This document shows positions 47,927-58,129 of a stretch of 64,000 bases of DNA, piece after piece. The notes under the pieces were generated by a model. The model was not told the origin of the DNA and searched no databases. It was given only the letters and a program-made list of their open reading frames with translations. This DNA comes from Candidatus Hydrogenedentota bacterium (GTDB taxonomy: Bacteria; Hydrogenedentota; Hydrogenedentia; Hydrogenedentales; JAEUWI01). Each line of letters starts with the position of its first letter. The first letter of the stretch is position 1. The translations under genes and the position numbers were made by a program. Location of the stretch: the NCBI GenBank assembly GCA_034669905.1, contig JAXMOL010000036.1:19457-83456 (forward strand). The letters are read 5' to 3'.

Positions 47927-50464
47927 GTGTCTTCCCGATACGCCTTGCTGACCGGTTCCGCGCTGGCGCTGCTATCACCCGTCGACACGTCGTCACTCTA
48001 CGCCCAGGAAATGCCCAACGCCCTCCGCACTATCATTGCCGACACCTGTTATGAGTGTCATGACGATGCCCTCGCGCGCAATGATCTCGCCCTGGATTCT
48101 CTGTCTTTCGATTTGGACGACCGCGCCCTCCGCGACCGGTGGACCTACATCCATGATCGGGTTGCGAAGGCCGAAATGCCCCCGGACCTCACCGATCTCT
48201 CGGACGAAAATCGCCAGGACTTTGTGCAGCTGCTCGGCGCAGCCCTGGCCACGGCAGATCGGGCGGACGTGGCGGCCAACGGGCGCGGGCCCATGCGGCG
48301 CCTCAACCGCGAGGAATATGAAGAGAATTTACGGGACCTGCTGCAACTCCCCCACCTCGACATCAAGACCATGTTGCCCCAGGATAGGGAAGGGCACCGG
48401 CTGAACAAGACGGCCGAGACGCTGGACATGTCCCGCGTGCAACTCGCCGCCTACCTGGATGCCGCCGACGCCGCATTGCGTCAAGCCATGGCAAGCGGTT
48501 CCGAGCCACCGCCGGTGACCACCTATCGCGCCATCGGCGTCCAGCTTTTTGCGGAGAACCACACCTTTGGCAATCGGGAGGCCATGTTCTTTGCAAAGGA
48601 CAACCAGGCGGTCGACACCAAAGCCCTGGGTCCGCTCAAGGAGGACCCTGCCCTGGAGATGGCCCTCTTTCGCTCCGCCCATTGGCCCTACTACGGCTAT
48701 CCACGCGGCTTCGTCGCCCAATTGCCGGGTCAGTATCGCGTCCGCTTTTCGGCCCGCGCTGTGTTGCAGCAACCGGGCTACACGCTTGAACCGGCGACCC
48801 AGCCCGTGCCCATGACCTTTCGGGCCCGCAAGCCTTCGGGTGCCGATGTTTCCGGCGATGTCCGGGCGACGGGCGGCCTCATGGATATTCAACCGGAAGC
48901 CCAGGTCTATGAAACGGTCATTCGCCTGTTGCCGACGGAAACCTTTGAATACAGCCTGCTGGGACTGCCCGTGCCCCTGGCACGCAATGTCGATGGTGGG
49001 CCACCCACCTACCGCTATCCGCCCTTCCCCGAAGGCGGACAGCCGGGCGTGGCCTTTCAATGGCTTGAAGTGGAAGGCCCCCTCCCGCCCGAGACCTGGC
49101 CCCCGCCGTCCCACCACGTCTTGTTTGACGAGCTGGACGCAGAGGTCCATACCGAAGACCCGGTCGCCGACGCACGACGGCTGATGCGTCGCTTTGCAGC
49201 GCGGGCCGCACGGGAGCCCGTGTCGGAGGAAGTCCTTCTGCGTTTTGAAAACCTCATCCTCGGCCGGCTGGTTGAGGGCAATTCCTTCGTTGAATCTATG
49301 CTCGCGGGCTACAAGGCCTTCCTCGCATCGAGTCATTTCCTTTACTTACGAGAACCGGTAGAACCTAAAGTAGGCCGCACCAATCACTATGCCATCGCCT
49401 CACGCCTCTCCCATTTCCTCAGCAACACCCGACCCGATGCCACCCTCATGGCGCTGGCCCGGGAGGAACAGCTTCGTGCGGCGGACATCCTCCATCGCGA
49501 GACGGACCGCCTCATCGACACCCCCGACTTTGAGCACTTCGTCGAAAACTTCACCGACTACTGGCTTAACCTGCGCTACATCCGGCGGGATGACGCCGAC
49601 ATCCGCCTCTATCCCGAATATCGCTTTGACGAGTATCTCGTCGAGTCCATGGCCCGCGAATCGCGGTCTTTTTTCGCCGCCATGATTCGCGACAATCTCC
49701 CGGCTTCGGTCGTCATCGATGCGGACTTCATCTATGCCAATGACCGCCTTGCCAAGCACTACGGTCTGGAGCCCCTCGCCGGCTCGGCCATGCGCAAGGT
49801 CCCCGTGCCGGAAGACAGCCCCTATGGCGGACTCCTGACCCAGGCGGCGGTACTGAAGGTCACGGCCAACGGTACGTCCACCTCCCCGGTCATACGGGGC
49901 GCGTGGATCATGGAGCGCCTCCTCGGACAGGAGCCACCTCCGCCACCACCCAGCGTCCCCGCCGTAGAACCGGACATACGCGGGGCCACGACCATTCGTG
50001 ATTTGCTCGCCCTCCACACCAAGTCCAAAAAGTGCGCCTCCTGCCATGCCCACTTCGATCCTGTGGGCCTCGCGCTGGAAAACTTCGGCGTCCTGGGCAA
50101 CTGGCGCGAGCGCTATCGCGGCGTGGAATCGGGCGATCCCGTCACGGGCATCGACCCGGCGGGCCACGACTTCGCCTACACTCTCGGGGCACCGGTGGAC
50201 GCGAGTGGTAGCCTGGTCGACGGACGGAGCTTTGAAAACATTCAGGGGTTGAAGGCAATTTTCGCGGACAATTCGCGCCAGCTCGCCCGCAACCTCCTCC
50301 ACCAGTTTACCCTCTACGCGACGGGAACTCCGGTGCGTTTCGCCGACCGGGACGCCATCGAATCCATCCTTGATGATTGCGCGGAAATGGGGTATCGTGT
50401 CCGTGACCTGATTCATGGTCTGGTCGCGAGCGACATTTTCCTTGGGAAGGAATTAGACCCCTGA
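47927..50464 (+). CDS. DUF1592/DUF1588 (PSD/PSCyt) planctomycete-type cytochrome domain protein
   Basis: CYECH, RRLNREEY...LRDLL, ASRLS.FL, TSPV.RGAW, CASCH, D..G.ALENF; start uncertain (47798-47927). Confidence 0.88.
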   Translation: MSSRYALLTGSALALLSPVDTSSLYAQEMPNALRTIIADTCYECHDDALARNDLALDSLSFDLDDRALRDRWTYIHDRVAKAEMPPDLTDLSDENRQDFVQLLGAALATADRADVAANGRGPMRRLNREEYEENLRDLLQLPHLDIKTMLPQDREGHRLNKTAETLDMSRVQLAAYLDAADAALRQAMASGSEPPPVTTYRAIGVQLFAENHTFGNREAMFFAKDNQAVDTKALGPLKEDPALEMALFRSAHWPYYGYPRGFVAQLPGQYRVRFSARAVLQQPGYTLEPATQPVPMTFRARKPSGADVSGDVRATGGLMDIQPEAQVYETVIRLLPTETFEYSLLGLPVPLARNVDGGPPTYRYPPFPEGGQPGVAFQWLEVEGPLPPETWPPPSHHVLFDELDAEVHTEDPVADARRLMRRFAARAAREPVSEEVLLRFENLILGRLVEGNSFVESMLAGYKAFLASSHFLYLREPVEPKVGRTNHYAIASRLSHFLSNTRPDATLMALAREEQLRAADILHRETDRLIDTPDFEHFVENFTDYWLNLRYIRRDDADIRLYPEYRFDEYLVESMARESRSFFAAMIRDNLPASVVIDADFIYANDRLAKHYGLEPLAGSAMRKVPVPEDSPYGGLLTQAAVLKVTANGTSTSPVIRGAWIMERLLGQEPPPPPPSVPAVEPDIRGATTIRDLLALHTKSKKCASCHAHFDPVGLALENFGVLGNWRERYRGVESGDPVTGIDPAGHDFAYTLGAPVDASGSLVDGRSFENIQGLKAIFADNSRQLARNLLHQFTLYATGTPVRFADRDAIESILDDCAEMGYRVRDLIHGLVASDIFLGKELDP

Positions 50465-51747
50465 TGGGCAAACGAGATATAAGCCGCCGGCGCTTCCTCC
50501 GGGGCGCGGGCGTTGCGATGGCCCTGCCGCTGTTGAATGTAACCCGGCCGGCCAAAGCCCAGGCCGCGGAAACACCGAAGCGGATGCTCCTCATTTCCAA
50601 CAACCTCGGGGTCCTGCCCAAGCGCTTTTTCCCCGAGACCACGGGGCGGGACTATGAACTCTCGCCCTATCTACAGGACCTGGCCGAATTTCGTGACGAC
50701 TTCACGGTCATCGGCGGCCTCTCCCACCCCGATGTGGATGGCGGACACAGCACGGAGAACTGCTTCCTCACGGCGGCCCCCGGCCCCACCAAGAGTGGCT
50801 TTCGGAACTCTATTTCGCTGGACCAGTATGCCGCCGAACAGCTCGGCCCCGTCACCCGCTTTCCCTCGCTGAACCTCGGCGTGAATATCGACAAGGCCAA
50901 CCGCAGCCTCTCCTGGACCCGCGACGGAGTATTGCTTCCCGCAGAAGATAGTGCAGCGGCCCTCTTCAAGAAAATGTTCATCCAAGGGGATGATGCGGCA
51001 GTCCAACGCCAGCTTCACAAGCTCGAAGAACGGGGCAGCATCCTCGACACCCTCCTCGACGACACGGCCCGATTCCGCCGCGACCTGGGCCGCGATGACC
51101 AATCCCGCCTGGACCAGTACCTGACCTCCGTCCGCGAAATCGAAGAGCGCCTGGGCACGGCCCGCGAGTGGGAGTTGACGCCCAAGCCAACCACCGAACA
51201 AGTGCCGCCCGAAGAGATTCACGACCAGAAGCTTTTCTTCGAGAAGTTTGACCTCATGCTCTCCATGGCCCGCCTGGCCCTGGAATCTGACTCCACCCGG
51301 ATCGTCACCCTCATGGTCGACGCCTTCGCCACGCCTGTCTTCAAGCTCCATCCCGACCAGAACACGACCGACGGGTACCACAACCTCAGCCACCACGGCC
51401 AATCGGAAGAAAAGCTCAAGCAACTGGTCGACGCCGACCACCAGCAAATGGCCCTCCTGCACAAGCTATTCCGCCAGCTTTCCGAAACGCCCGAAACCGG
51501 AAGCCGCCTCCTCGACAGCACCATGGTCCTTTTCGGCAGCAACATGGGCGACGCCAACACCCACAACAACACCAACCTCCCCATCCTCCTCGCTGGCGGT
51601 GGCCTTAAGCACGGCCAACACCTCGCCTTTCCCAAAGACCACAACAAGCCCCTCTCCAACTTATTCGTCACCATGCTCCAACAGATGGATGTCGAGACGG
51701 AGAAATTCAGCAGCAGCTCAGGGACGCTGAACGAATTGCGGGCATGA
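50464..51747 (+). CDS. DUF1552 Tat-exported protein
   Basis: SRRRFLRGAG..MALPLL, SLDQ, L.QYL.SVRE.E, H.LSHH, NLPILLAGG; 1-bp overlap with the upstream gene. Confidence 0.9.
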   Translation: MGKRDISRRRFLRGAGVAMALPLLNVTRPAKAQAAETPKRMLLISNNLGVLPKRFFPETTGRDYELSPYLQDLAEFRDDFTVIGGLSHPDVDGGHSTENCFLTAAPGPTKSGFRNSISLDQYAAEQLGPVTRFPSLNLGVNIDKANRSLSWTRDGVLLPAEDSAAALFKKMFIQGDDAAVQRQLHKLEERGSILDTLLDDTARFRRDLGRDDQSRLDQYLTSVREIEERLGTAREWELTPKPTTEQVPPEEIHDQKLFFEKFDLMLSMARLALESDSTRIVTLMVDAFATPVFKLHPDQNTTDGYHNLSHHGQSEEKLKQLVDADHQQMALLHKLFRQLSETPETGSRLLDSTMVLFGSNMGDANTHNNTNLPILLAGGGLKHGQHLAFPKDHNKPLSNLFVTMLQQMDVETEKFSSSSGTLNELRA

Positions 51748-51941
51748 GATGGCAAGCTACGCTGAATATTTACGGGGGCTGAGCGGTACTATTAACAGGG
51801 TGCTTTCGTGCGCGTCCTATCAAGGTTTTACCGGGGCACGTCAATCGCAACGGGTCGATACTCACCACAGCCTTCCGAGAGAAGATTGTGGTCGGGGGAC
51901 CGGGGTTTGGGCTGGGGATGACGAATGAGGAGACACCCGCA

Positions 51942-54900
51942 ATGCAGTTTGCTACGCGAAGCTTTCGACGCAGGACGTTAAGAATCAACACCCTGTTTCC
52001 GCCCCGGGTCTGCGGAGCGTTCCTATGGCTGGCCGCGCTGATTTTCGCGTGGGGCCCCGTCGGAATGGGCCTTGCCCAAGCGGAAGGGCAATTTCTCCGC
52101 TTTGATACCCCCGATGAATTGGTGGAAAGCTGGCGGCCGGATGTCCACCTGTATGTCAAAGGACAGGTCGGGAAGTTGGGAGAGGCCGAGCTTGAGCGTA
52201 TCGCGGCATTCCTCGCGGACAAGCACTGGGTAGTGGTATTGATCGATACCTTCCGGGGCGGTCGCTACGACGGGCATCGGGACAAGGAAGCCTTTGAATA
52301 CGCGCTGGGGTCGGGCATTCGGAACAAGGCAGATTTCAACGCGTGGGCCCACCCGGAAACGGGCGAGCGGGATGGCGCGTTTCTTTTCATCAGCGTAGCC
52401 GACAAGCACCACAACTATACGGGGTCTGCGGCCCAGGATAGCCGCCGTCTGGGTACGAAGCAATATCCGGGCAAGCTGGACCGATGGGTCAAGACTGCCA
52501 TGCGTGCGGGATTGGATATTCAACGGGCCGTGGAGGACTCGGTCACCAATATCGACCAACAGCTCAACGCCGCCATTGCCGACGAGATTCGCGGTGCACA
52601 GGCGCAGGTCACTTCGGCGAAGACGGCGGTGTCCCGTCTCCAGCTGGCACTGGAAGGGCTGACAGTACGATATCCCGAATCCCGGCTGGGTCCCTACGAC
52701 ATCGCGGGTATGGAAGCCCGCATTACCGAGGCCGAAAGGCAAATCGCACGAAAAGATTATGGCAACGCCCGTCCCCTGCTCTCCGGGGTCATTGTTGACG
52801 CCCGATCCGCAAGCGAATCGATTGACGCCTACGAGAAGGAAGCGGGTGTGGCCATCCAGGCGATTACGAACGCCGCTGCGGCCATCGAAGAATTGGACGC
52901 CGCTGCGGCCTCGCTCCGCGAAAGTGCCCCGGAAGTGACCGGTGACCTGGCCTCCCCTCCCATCGCCGAATGGGAAGGGACGTTGAACAGTGCCCGGGGC
53001 GCCCTCGCAACCGCGCCGAAAGACGCGCGGGTAACCGCTCAGCGGGTCCTTCACGAGGCACAGTTACAGATTCGCTCACTGAAGCAATACGTTGTTGATG
53101 CGTCTCTTTTCCCCACATTGCGGGAGCGTTTCGCAACGGAAAAGGCACGGCCGGGTGCCACCGGTATGGAGACCAGGCTTGGCCAAATCGACACGGAGCT
53201 TGAAACAGCTCATGCCTACTACAAACAGGCCGACTCCCGCTATGTCGGCGCGCTGAATACCGTCCAGCGTCAGTTGGATTCGGTGCGCCAGCGCATCACT
53301 TCGGCGGAGGAATTGGCGGCATTAGAACGCCTGGTGGCCATCGTCAGTGCCACACTGGCCCTGCTTATCACCCTCATTCTCTTCATTTACCTGAACCGCC
53401 GGCTCCAGGGGCTCAAAAAGAAGGCCGAGCGCCACCTTGCCACATGGAACTCGGCCCTCGATGCCAAACTGGATGCCCTGCAGGAAGACCTGGAACAACA
53501 AACCCAACTCTACGTGGGCAGCTGGAAACACAATCCCTATGCCCCCGATTCCGAATCGGCGCTCATGGCGGAATCGATTCGCGATGATGTGGGCTTTCTT
53601 TCGCTGGCCTGGGTGCAACTCAACGACCAGTACGAGAAGGCGGCAAAGCTCATCTGTCCCGATGCCTTCGGGTCCCGCGTCTATAACCTGTTCTGGCGGG
53701 GCAATTATCGGGCGGCCCTCAAACTCAGCGAGCAGCCCATCGAGCTACGCCAAGACGATGCGCTGAACCGCATGGTCCGTGGAAAACAGCGTACGTGGCA
53801 GGAATCGCTCTGGGGCAATCTGTCGGATTACCGACCGGAAGCCCCCATGACCTTTGCGGAACTCTTTGAAGCCTTTAACAGGCGGGCCGAGCGGGCCACG
53901 GAAAATCTCCGTGCCCTGGAAAAGGCCCTCACCGAAACCGGTCCCCGGCTGGATGCTATCACGGTAGCGCTGCAGGAATTGGCCGAGAAGGAATCGGACT
54001 TTGAGGAACGGGCAAAGGCGAATGGCTACTTTGCGGTGTCCGCCCTCTTCGAGGAATTGGTGCCCGCCGCCAGTGATTCGGTGTTGGAGGCACGCAAGGG
54101 ATTGGACAAGGACCCCATCGGCATTGAGCGAAGTGCCGCGGCCACGGCGCAACGACAACAGACAGAGGCCACGGAACTGGCACGAATTGTGGAGCAGGCC
54201 CAGCTCCACCTGATGCCCCCCATAGGGTCCCGCTCCCGCGCCCTGGCGGAAGCGGGTGTCGAAGTGGCGTGGATCGGTGTCGAGCAAAGGCGCCTGTCGG
54301 AATGGGCTGAGCAGATCGCGACTGAGGCCGTGGCCACCACGCAGGCGGGCGCCATTGCGGCCCTGTCCGACGCCCTCGATACGCTCGCGGCACGGGTAGA
54401 CAAGGCCCAAGGGCTGGATAGCCACCGACGGGAACTCACCCTACCCGCCATCTCGGAGGGCAGGGATGCCATCGCAACTACACGCCAGACTATCGGCGCA
54501 CGTCTACAGATTGAACCGGAATTGACCCTGCGTGACACCCTCCAGCGCCCCGAAGGCGCACTGGACTTGGACCCCTCGTTGCGCATTGCACGTTCGGAAG
54601 CAATGGCTCAGGTGGCCCTGGAAGCGCTTGGGAGGGGCCGCGTGGCTGATGCTGAAGGCACCCTGGATGAGATAGACCGGGCTATTGCGGAAGTCCACCA
54701 TATCCTCCAGGCCAGTACCACCGCCCTGGACGAACACGAGGACCGGGTCGCCCGTTATGGACAGGAAACAGACCAAATCGCCGGGGAAGTCCCCGCGCAC
54801 CGTGACGTACTGGAAGGCATACGCCAGGAATTTGCCCACACGGTCTTGGCACTTCAGGCGGGTGACCCGGAACACCCCCAGGCCAACGGCACGATTGACG

Positions 54901-56033
54901 ACAACATCCTGGAGGCGGAAGAACAGCTGAACATGGCCCGCACCAAGCGACAGCAGGCCGAAACCCAGTTCCGGGAAGGCCGGGTCCTTCAGGCCGCCAA
55001 TCTGCTCGAACAGGTCGCTGCGGGGAACACCTTCGCCCATGACCGGCTTCGGGAGATTGCCCAGAAACGCTCCCGGCTCGACCGCACCGTGGCAGCCAAT
55101 GGCGCCACGCTCGAACGGCTGGAGAAGGAGTTGACGGCCATTGGGACGGAGGTGGCCGATGGCCGCACCATGCCACCGACGGGCGACGCCTTTACCGCCG
55201 CGAAGTCCCACCTCACGGGCGCCCGGGGGGAAGTGGATGCCCGCCAAGGGGACCCCTTTCTGGCAGCCAACACCCTGGCAGACGTCGAAGAAGAACTCGG
55301 CCGCCTCCGGGTCATGCTGCAAAACGACCGGGATGCCAACGCCGAGGCGACGCGCAGTCTCCATGCGGCGGAACGGCAGATTCAGGTGACACGACAGGCC
55401 GCCGACCGGGCACGTAATGATGGCTATGGCGACAGTGCGGAGACCCAAATGGCCTATCGGAGCCTGGACATCGTGGAAGACACCTTCGCACAGTGCCAAG
55501 AGACCCTGCGCACCGACCATTCCGACTGGAACCGCTTGGATGAGCAAGCCGACCAGATGGCGTCCGAAGCCAGTGCCATCGCGGCGACCCTGGTGCAGGA
55601 AATGGATCAAGCCGCCCTATCCAACGCAGAAATACACCTCGCCGCGAAGGAAGTTCGCCGGGCAAGCAATTGGACCGGTCGCTATGGGGTCTACGTTTCC
55701 GGATCGCCCGGTTCCGATGAGCTGGAGAACGCCCGGGCCCTCCTCGCCCAGGGCCACTATGCTGCCGCCATTCGCGCGGCAAAGAGCAGTAATGCCCAAG
55801 CCCAAAACGCTATCGCCCAGGCCATCGCCCAAGAGGCGCGCAAGCGGCGTGAAGAAGAACGGCGCAAACAGGCGGAGCGGCGACGTCGCGCAGCCGCAGC
55901 CTCCGCCCTGAACAACAGCATCAGCTCTGGCAGCAGTTTTGGGGGTGGGTCGAGTTCCAGCGGTGGCTCCAGCTTTGGGGGCGGGTCCAGCTCCAGCGGC
56001 GGATCGAGTTTTGGCGGTGGTTCGAGTTGGTAG
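51942..56033 (+). CDS. Very large membrane coiled-coil protein with TPM-like N-terminal domain and Gly/Ser-rich tail
   Basis: Signal peptide, alpha/beta domain, helical region, TM (LVAIVSATLALLITLILFIYL), long helical C-region, ends SSFGGGSSW; GAGGAG RBS. Confidence 0.8.
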   Translation: MQFATRSFRRRTLRINTLFPPRVCGAFLWLAALIFAWGPVGMGLAQAEGQFLRFDTPDELVESWRPDVHLYVKGQVGKLGEAELERIAAFLADKHWVVVLIDTFRGGRYDGHRDKEAFEYALGSGIRNKADFNAWAHPETGERDGAFLFISVADKHHNYTGSAAQDSRRLGTKQYPGKLDRWVKTAMRAGLDIQRAVEDSVTNIDQQLNAAIADEIRGAQAQVTSAKTAVSRLQLALEGLTVRYPESRLGPYDIAGMEARITEAERQIARKDYGNARPLLSGVIVDARSASESIDAYEKEAGVAIQAITNAAAAIEELDAAAASLRESAPEVTGDLASPPIAEWEGTLNSARGALATAPKDARVTAQRVLHEAQLQIRSLKQYVVDASLFPTLRERFATEKARPGATGMETRLGQIDTELETAHAYYKQADSRYVGALNTVQRQLDSVRQRITSAEELAALERLVAIVSATLALLITLILFIYLNRRLQGLKKKAERHLATWNSALDAKLDALQEDLEQQTQLYVGSWKHNPYAPDSESALMAESIRDDVGFLSLAWVQLNDQYEKAAKLICPDAFGSRVYNLFWRGNYRAALKLSEQPIELRQDDALNRMVRGKQRTWQESLWGNLSDYRPEAPMTFAELFEAFNRRAERATENLRALEKALTETGPRLDAITVALQELAEKESDFEERAKANGYFAVSALFEELVPAASDSVLEARKGLDKDPIGIERSAAATAQRQQTEATELARIVEQAQLHLMPPIGSRSRALAEAGVEVAWIGVEQRRLSEWAEQIATEAVATTQAGAIAALSDALDTLAARVDKAQGLDSHRRELTLPAISEGRDAIATTRQTIGARLQIEPELTLRDTLQRPEGALDLDPSLRIARSEAMAQVALEALGRGRVADAEGTLDEIDRAIAEVHHILQASTTALDEHEDRVARYGQETDQIAGEVPAHRDVLEGIRQEFAHTVLALQAGDPEHPQANGTIDDNILEAEEQLNMARTKRQQAETQFREGRVLQAANLLEQVAAGNTFAHDRLREIAQKRSRLDRTVAANGATLERLEKELTAIGTEVADGRTMPPTGDAFTAAKSHLTGARGEVDARQGDPFLAANTLADVEEELGRLRVMLQNDRDANAEATRSLHAAERQIQVTRQAADRARNDGYGDSAETQMAYRSLDIVEDTFAQCQETLRTDHSDWNRLDEQADQMASEASAIAATLVQEMDQAALSNAEIHLAAKEVRRASNWTGRYGVYVSGSPGSDELENARALLAQGHYAAAIRAAKSSNAQAQNAIAQAIAQEARKRREEERRKQAERRRRAAAASALNNSISSGSSFGGGSSSSGGSSFGGGSSSSGGSSFGGGSSW
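55926..56030 (+). repeat. Coding tandem repeat, about 3 x 36 bp (GSSFGGGSSSSG)
   Basis: Protein-level repeat with synonymous codon variation between units. Confidence 0.85.
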
Positions 56034-56137
56034 CGTCGGGGACCGCCTCGTGCTGAACATCATGTAAGAAACCGTGAGCGCGTCGCCAATAAAGAGCCTT
56101 CAACACGTGCACAACGCCCCTGGATGCACGAATCTGG

Positions 56138-57751
56138 TTATCGCAATCGAGAGATTCCCATGCTCTTCATACGAGCAGAAAGTGTATTCGCTTTTATTCC
56201 AAGTAATTCTGCCGCACCACCCCTTCCTGACACCTTCCCTTTGGTCCGCTGTAGTGCTCTTTGAATGTTCTCCCGCTCAATCTCCTTGAGTTCCTGGTAT
56301 GTATAGACACAATTCAAGGGCTCCGGCTTGGGTTGATTCCAGGACGTACCTGGATAGAGGCCCGGTATTTCAAAATCTACTATGCCGCCTTGTGCAACGA
56401 TAACGGCCCGCTCGATAACATTTTGTAATTCGCGAATATTTCCGGGCCAATCGTAGGTACACAGGTGCTGCAGGTGCTCTTCACTCAGACGACGCGTGGG
56501 AATGCCGTGCCTTCCACCGACTTTGTTCAGGAAGTGATTAACCAGTCGGGGAATGTCTTCAAGACGTTCCCGCAGCGGCGGTACGCTAAGAGGAAAAACA
56601 CTGAGGCGGTAGTAGAGATCCTGTCGAAACAGGTTCTTCCCGATGTCGGCAAAAAGGTCTCGATTGGTGGCCGAAACGATTCGGACATCGGTTTGACGGG
56701 TCTCCGTACCACCTACGCGTTCGAAGGTACCCTCCTCCAGTGCTCGGAGCAGTTTACTTTGAAGGTCTAAGGGCACCTCTCCTATTTCGTCGAGAAATAA
56801 CGTGCCGCCATCCGCCAGTTCAAAGCGTCCCATTCGATCACTTACTGCGCCGGTGAAAGCGCCTTTAACATGCCCAAAAAACTCGCTTTCAAACAGCTCT
56901 CTGGGTATTGAGGCACAATTCACGCGAATAAAGGGTTTTCCATTCCGTTTGCTTGCGTTATGAATGGCCTCAGCAACAAGTTCCTTCCCCGTGCCAGACT
57001 CACCCTGTATAAGGACCGCGCTATTCGTCGGCGCTACCAGGTCGACTTGACGGAGAACGTTGCGAAGCGCCGCGCTTTGGCCCACTATCGTGCCGCTCTC
57101 GGACTTAGATCTCGCCTCCTCGCGCAGGAACGTATTCTCCTGCGCCAGTCTGTCCCGCAATCGATCGATTTCCTCAAAGGCCTGTGCGTTCGCGAGCGCC
57201 GCGGCTGCATGGTCAGCAAATTGACGAATCAGGCGAAAGACATCCACACAAATATATTCTCGAAAGAAGACGCCTAAAACACCGTAGTTGTGTCCGTGAA
57301 ATATAAGGGGATGTCCCGCAAAAGAAATCACCCCCTCGGCTCGCACCCAAGATTCGTTGAGGACCCAGCTGGGCTGTTCACGCAAATCCCGTATATGAAT
57401 GCCCTCCCCTGAGGCACCGATCATCCCGATCTTCCGCGCCCCCAGGGGAAATCTCTTGGTGTTTCCATCCGTGCGCTCCCAACTTGGCCCGGCTTGCTGA
57501 CGCGACGTACCAGCACTGGCGACCAGGTGGAGGCACTCCGTTGGGTCAGTACACTCACTCGCTATGCCGCATGAATCACATATGTCACCGGGTCGCCGAA
57601 GCCATATTCTGGCAAGGGCAACTCCTTCCAACGCTGCAAGTCCATCGACCACTCTCTTTATCAAGTCGCTTGAAGTACGGACTTCGGATGTTTCGATGGC
57701 TAGCCTATGAAGATATTCGGTGTCCAACAGAGACCCTCTCGCGCGGTTCAA
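56138..57751 (-). CDS. Sigma54-dependent activator (GAF-AAA+-HTH, FhlA-like)
   Basis: GESGTGKE, GAFTGA, FLDEIGE, WPGNIRELQN, C-terminal HTH. Confidence 0.95.
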   Translation of the reverse strand: MNRARGSLLDTEYLHRLAIETSEVRTSSDLIKRVVDGLAALEGVALARIWLRRPGDICDSCGIASECTDPTECLHLVASAGTSRQQAGPSWERTDGNTKRFPLGARKIGMIGASGEGIHIRDLREQPSWVLNESWVRAEGVISFAGHPLIFHGHNYGVLGVFFREYICVDVFRLIRQFADHAAAALANAQAFEEIDRLRDRLAQENTFLREEARSKSESGTIVGQSAALRNVLRQVDLVAPTNSAVLIQGESGTGKELVAEAIHNASKRNGKPFIRVNCASIPRELFESEFFGHVKGAFTGAVSDRMGRFELADGGTLFLDEIGEVPLDLQSKLLRALEEGTFERVGGTETRQTDVRIVSATNRDLFADIGKNLFRQDLYYRLSVFPLSVPPLRERLEDIPRLVNHFLNKVGGRHGIPTRRLSEEHLQHLCTYDWPGNIRELQNVIERAVIVAQGGIVDFEIPGLYPGTSWNQPKPEPLNCVYTYQELKEIERENIQRALQRTKGKVSGRGGAAELLGIKANTLSARMKSMGISRLR

Positions 57752-57877
57752 AACTTACAAGATCTTGGGAAAAGGCTCCCAATATTTTGTGTCTTCCCAG
57801 TTTATTGAAAAGCAAAGTCGTTCGCAAGACAGGTGCAAACGCTTGTAAACGTGCCACTTACGAAAGATCCTCTGACT

Positions 57878-57893
57878 TGGCATAGAGTTTGTT
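57878..57893 (+). promoter_or_regulatory. Putative sigma54 -24/-12 promoter for azoR
   Basis: TGGCATAGAGTTTGTT (GG-N10-GT; consensus is GG-N10-GC). Confidence 0.55.
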
Positions 57894-58129
57894 TACTAAG
57901 CTTCATGAACGGTCTATCGCCTGTACGGAATCGAAGCTACATCTTCGGGTGCAACGCGATACCGTCTTACTATCGCGTTGCCCTTCCAACCCCGGTTGCA
58001 CAGGGCTCCAAGTCAACACAAGGCCCATAGAAGTCTACCCGGCAGGGAGAAACGCCGCGTGGCTCCCGGCTTCTGACTTTACGGTAGAAAAAAAACAAGA
58101 CCCTGTAAGGGGGGAAAGGAGAGAAGACT

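Noticed and set aside
55926..56030. CRISPR-like short repeats
   Set aside because: In-frame Gly/Ser coding repeat with synonymous variation, no spacers and no cas genes
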